Assembly (NCBI RefSeq): GCF_000315625.1
Contig: NW_005434665.1
Span: 318,844-382,843, forward strand
DNA: 64,000 nucleotides
DNA from: Guillardia theta CCMP2712
Taxonomy: Eukaryota > Protista > Cryptophyta
Direction: 5' to 3'
Position 1 is the first letter of the stretch; each line of letters starts with the position of its first letter. Positions 62,300 through 64,000 of the stretch are shown here, in pieces. The translations under genes were made by a program, and so were the position numbers. Under the pieces are notes generated by a model. The model was not told the DNA's origin, ran no database searches, and saw only the letters and a program-made list of their open reading frames with translations.

Positions 62300-63507
62300 C
62301 TACATCTCCACCTCAACAATGTGCTACACATCTCGACGACTTCACTCTCTTCTCTCAGCCTCTCACCTGGAATTTCTCGTGCGCCTCCTTCCACACGCTC
62401 TGATTCGTCGAGAGATTCTTCTTCTGCGCAGATCTTCACTGAGGACAGCTCTCAGACTTGTCAGCTCCCGTTACCTTCCTATCGGGGATGCTCGCGACGT
62501 CGATCTCGGCATCTCCGACGAACACACACTTCCACCAGAGGATGACTGGAGAAGGAAAGGAATGAGAATACGGAGCGAAGAGCGAGGAGGAAAGAGGAAG
62601 AGAAAAGGGGTAAGAAGGAAAGAGAAAGGGGCAAAGGGCATGTAGGAAGGCAACCTACCACTCTCTTCCACAGGGAGAGCAGGGAGCGACGTCATTCCCG
62701 GCAGAGTTTTCCTCAAGCTGGACCACGTCAGCGTTGGCAGCATGACCTCCGTTGGACCTGATTCGCAGAAGTCGCCGTCCGTCATGAAAGTCTTTCAACT
62801 CCCAGTCCAATGAGTCTTCGTTGTTGACCACTGATGTGGGGTTAGATGGGCGGTGGCAAAGGGGACACTGATCGAGGAAGCAGGAGGCAGGAGGCAGGAG
62901 GCAGGAGGCAAGGGTGAGGGGAGAGGAGAAGAGAGAGGAGAGAAGAACGAAGAGGGGATGCTGAAGGAAGAGTGTTCATGAGTTAACGAGGCACGAGGGA
63001 AGGTAGAGAGCGACGAGAGGGGAGGGCAGGGTGAGGGAGAGGATGAGAGGGAGGAAAACGCCGCAGTGTCACCTGGATACGACAGGTCCCTGTCAATGAT
63101 GACAACCTCCTGCGATCCGCGGTCACTTCCACTGACACGCGCGAGCAGCGAGCACCTGATTCTTTGCGAGCAGATGCTTCTCAGACGTCAGCCTGACTGA
63201 CATGTCCTTGGCTCTTGTCCCGGCTGGGAGGAAAAAGTTGATGACCACCTACAAGAGCGTTCAGAGCTCCTCCCTAGCTCCCCTCCACTCCCCTGCTCTA
63301 CGCTTCTCCCTCACTTCTCTTCTCCCCTGGTCTCCTCCACAACCCAGCTCTCCTCTCTCCCGGACCTCATGGCGGTCCTGAGACCAGATGTACTGATCAC
63401 ATGTCCCGCCGTTCCTCGACATCCTCGCGAGAGAGGAAGCGATTTCCTCCTCCCGGCTCGCACTCGTGCCGCTCGATCTCTGCTCTGTCAAAGGTTCCTT
63501 GCCCACT

Positions 63508-63557
<50 letters not shown>

Positions 63558-63711
63558 CTTCAGCAGAGTTCAATTAGAGTCAACAGTTGCCAGCCAGGTG
63601 TCTCACTGGCATCGAGATATTGCTCCCTCTCTCCTGTTCCACTTCCTGCTCCACCTCCTCCATGTCCTCGTCTTCGCTATCGCTCACTTCTTCCGTGAAC
63701 CTGTCCAACAT
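62300..63711 (-). CDS. NudC-like CS (p23/HSP20-fold) domain co-chaperone with acidic and polyQ N-terminus; stop approximate
   Basis: Spliced: NGGTCDQYIWSQDRHE-VVINFFLPAGTRAKDMSVRL...DSLDWELKD...SLRK...WWKCVFVGDAEIDV...VWKEAHEKF. Confidence 0.8.
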
Positions 63712-63773
63712 GATTTTTAACCCCTTGGAGCGGGGAGGGTGTTCCGTGCGCTGACCTGTCCCACTTGGAATAA

Positions 63774-64000
63774 TCCAGCCCATCCCTCTTCTTGGCTCCC
63801 GCTCCCTCTGAATTGCACCTCAATCACCTCAAACCAATCCATCAGATTGACACTCACATTACGCTCAAGCCAGGGACCTTGCCCATTAACTGCAGGCCAT
63901 ATCGCATCCCCCTTCATCTTGAAGGAGAACTCCTGGCTACCATCGCGTACATGCTCGAACACGACATCATCGAGCCATCCAATAGTGAGTTTGCCTTTCC
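63774..64000 (+). mobile_element. Ty3/gypsy LTR-retrotransposon pol fragment (start of RT), continues beyond window
   Basis: Open frame THITLKPGTLPINCRPYRIPLHLEGELLATIAYMLEHDIIEPSNSEFAF, typical of the gypsy RT N-terminus. Confidence 0.85.

Larger units (their letters stand above)
47884..63407 (+). repeat. Direct tandem segmental duplication: copy 1 47884-55085, copy 2 55244-63407
   Basis: Near-identical exons and introns, offset 7360 at the left boundary; differences are SNPs, SSR lengths and a 695-bp deletion in copy 1. Confidence 0.95.

Noticed and set aside
1-64000. tRNA or rRNA genes
   Set aside because: None recognised by eye; a tRNAscan-SE/Infernal run would be needed to exclude them.

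Overview
Eukaryotic nuclear DNA: gene-dense, with many short (~45-60 nt) GT-AG introns plus longer introns filled with simple repeats, and bipartite (signal peptide + Phe) plastid-targeting presequences. This is consistent with a cryptophyte alga such as Guillardia theta (inference). About 18 genes can be reconstructed by manual splicing. In order: a very large secreted laminin-IV-domain protein with phage-like beta repeats (runs off the left edge), AP-3 delta adaptin, a SINA-type RING protein, a weak hypothetical gene, an intronless torsin-like ER AAA+ ATPase, bifunctional BIO3-BIO1 (bioDA), two inverted paralogues of a 4-TM MS4A/CD20-like protein carrying a long YNxG-repeat loop, a TM-anchored PX protein between them, a plastid renalase-like oxidoreductase, an alpha/beta hydrolase, Pho88/Snd3, a PDZ-PA-WW-PA protein, a thylakoid-lumen (Tat) lipocalin, an ER type-I DnaJ, an Sds3-like protein, a 7.36-kb tandem duplication of a TSNAXIP1-like coiled-coil/EF-hand gene, and a NudC-like CS-domain gene. 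A Ty3/gypsy pol fragment sits at the right edge. Non-coding highlights are strand-biased GGGT(A/G) box arrays upstream of genes, whose boxes are conserved while spacers turn over between duplicates, and CpG/CCGG-rich palindromic islands between divergent gene pairs. All family calls come from motif recognition by eye; no database searches were run, and exon boundaries are manual predictions.
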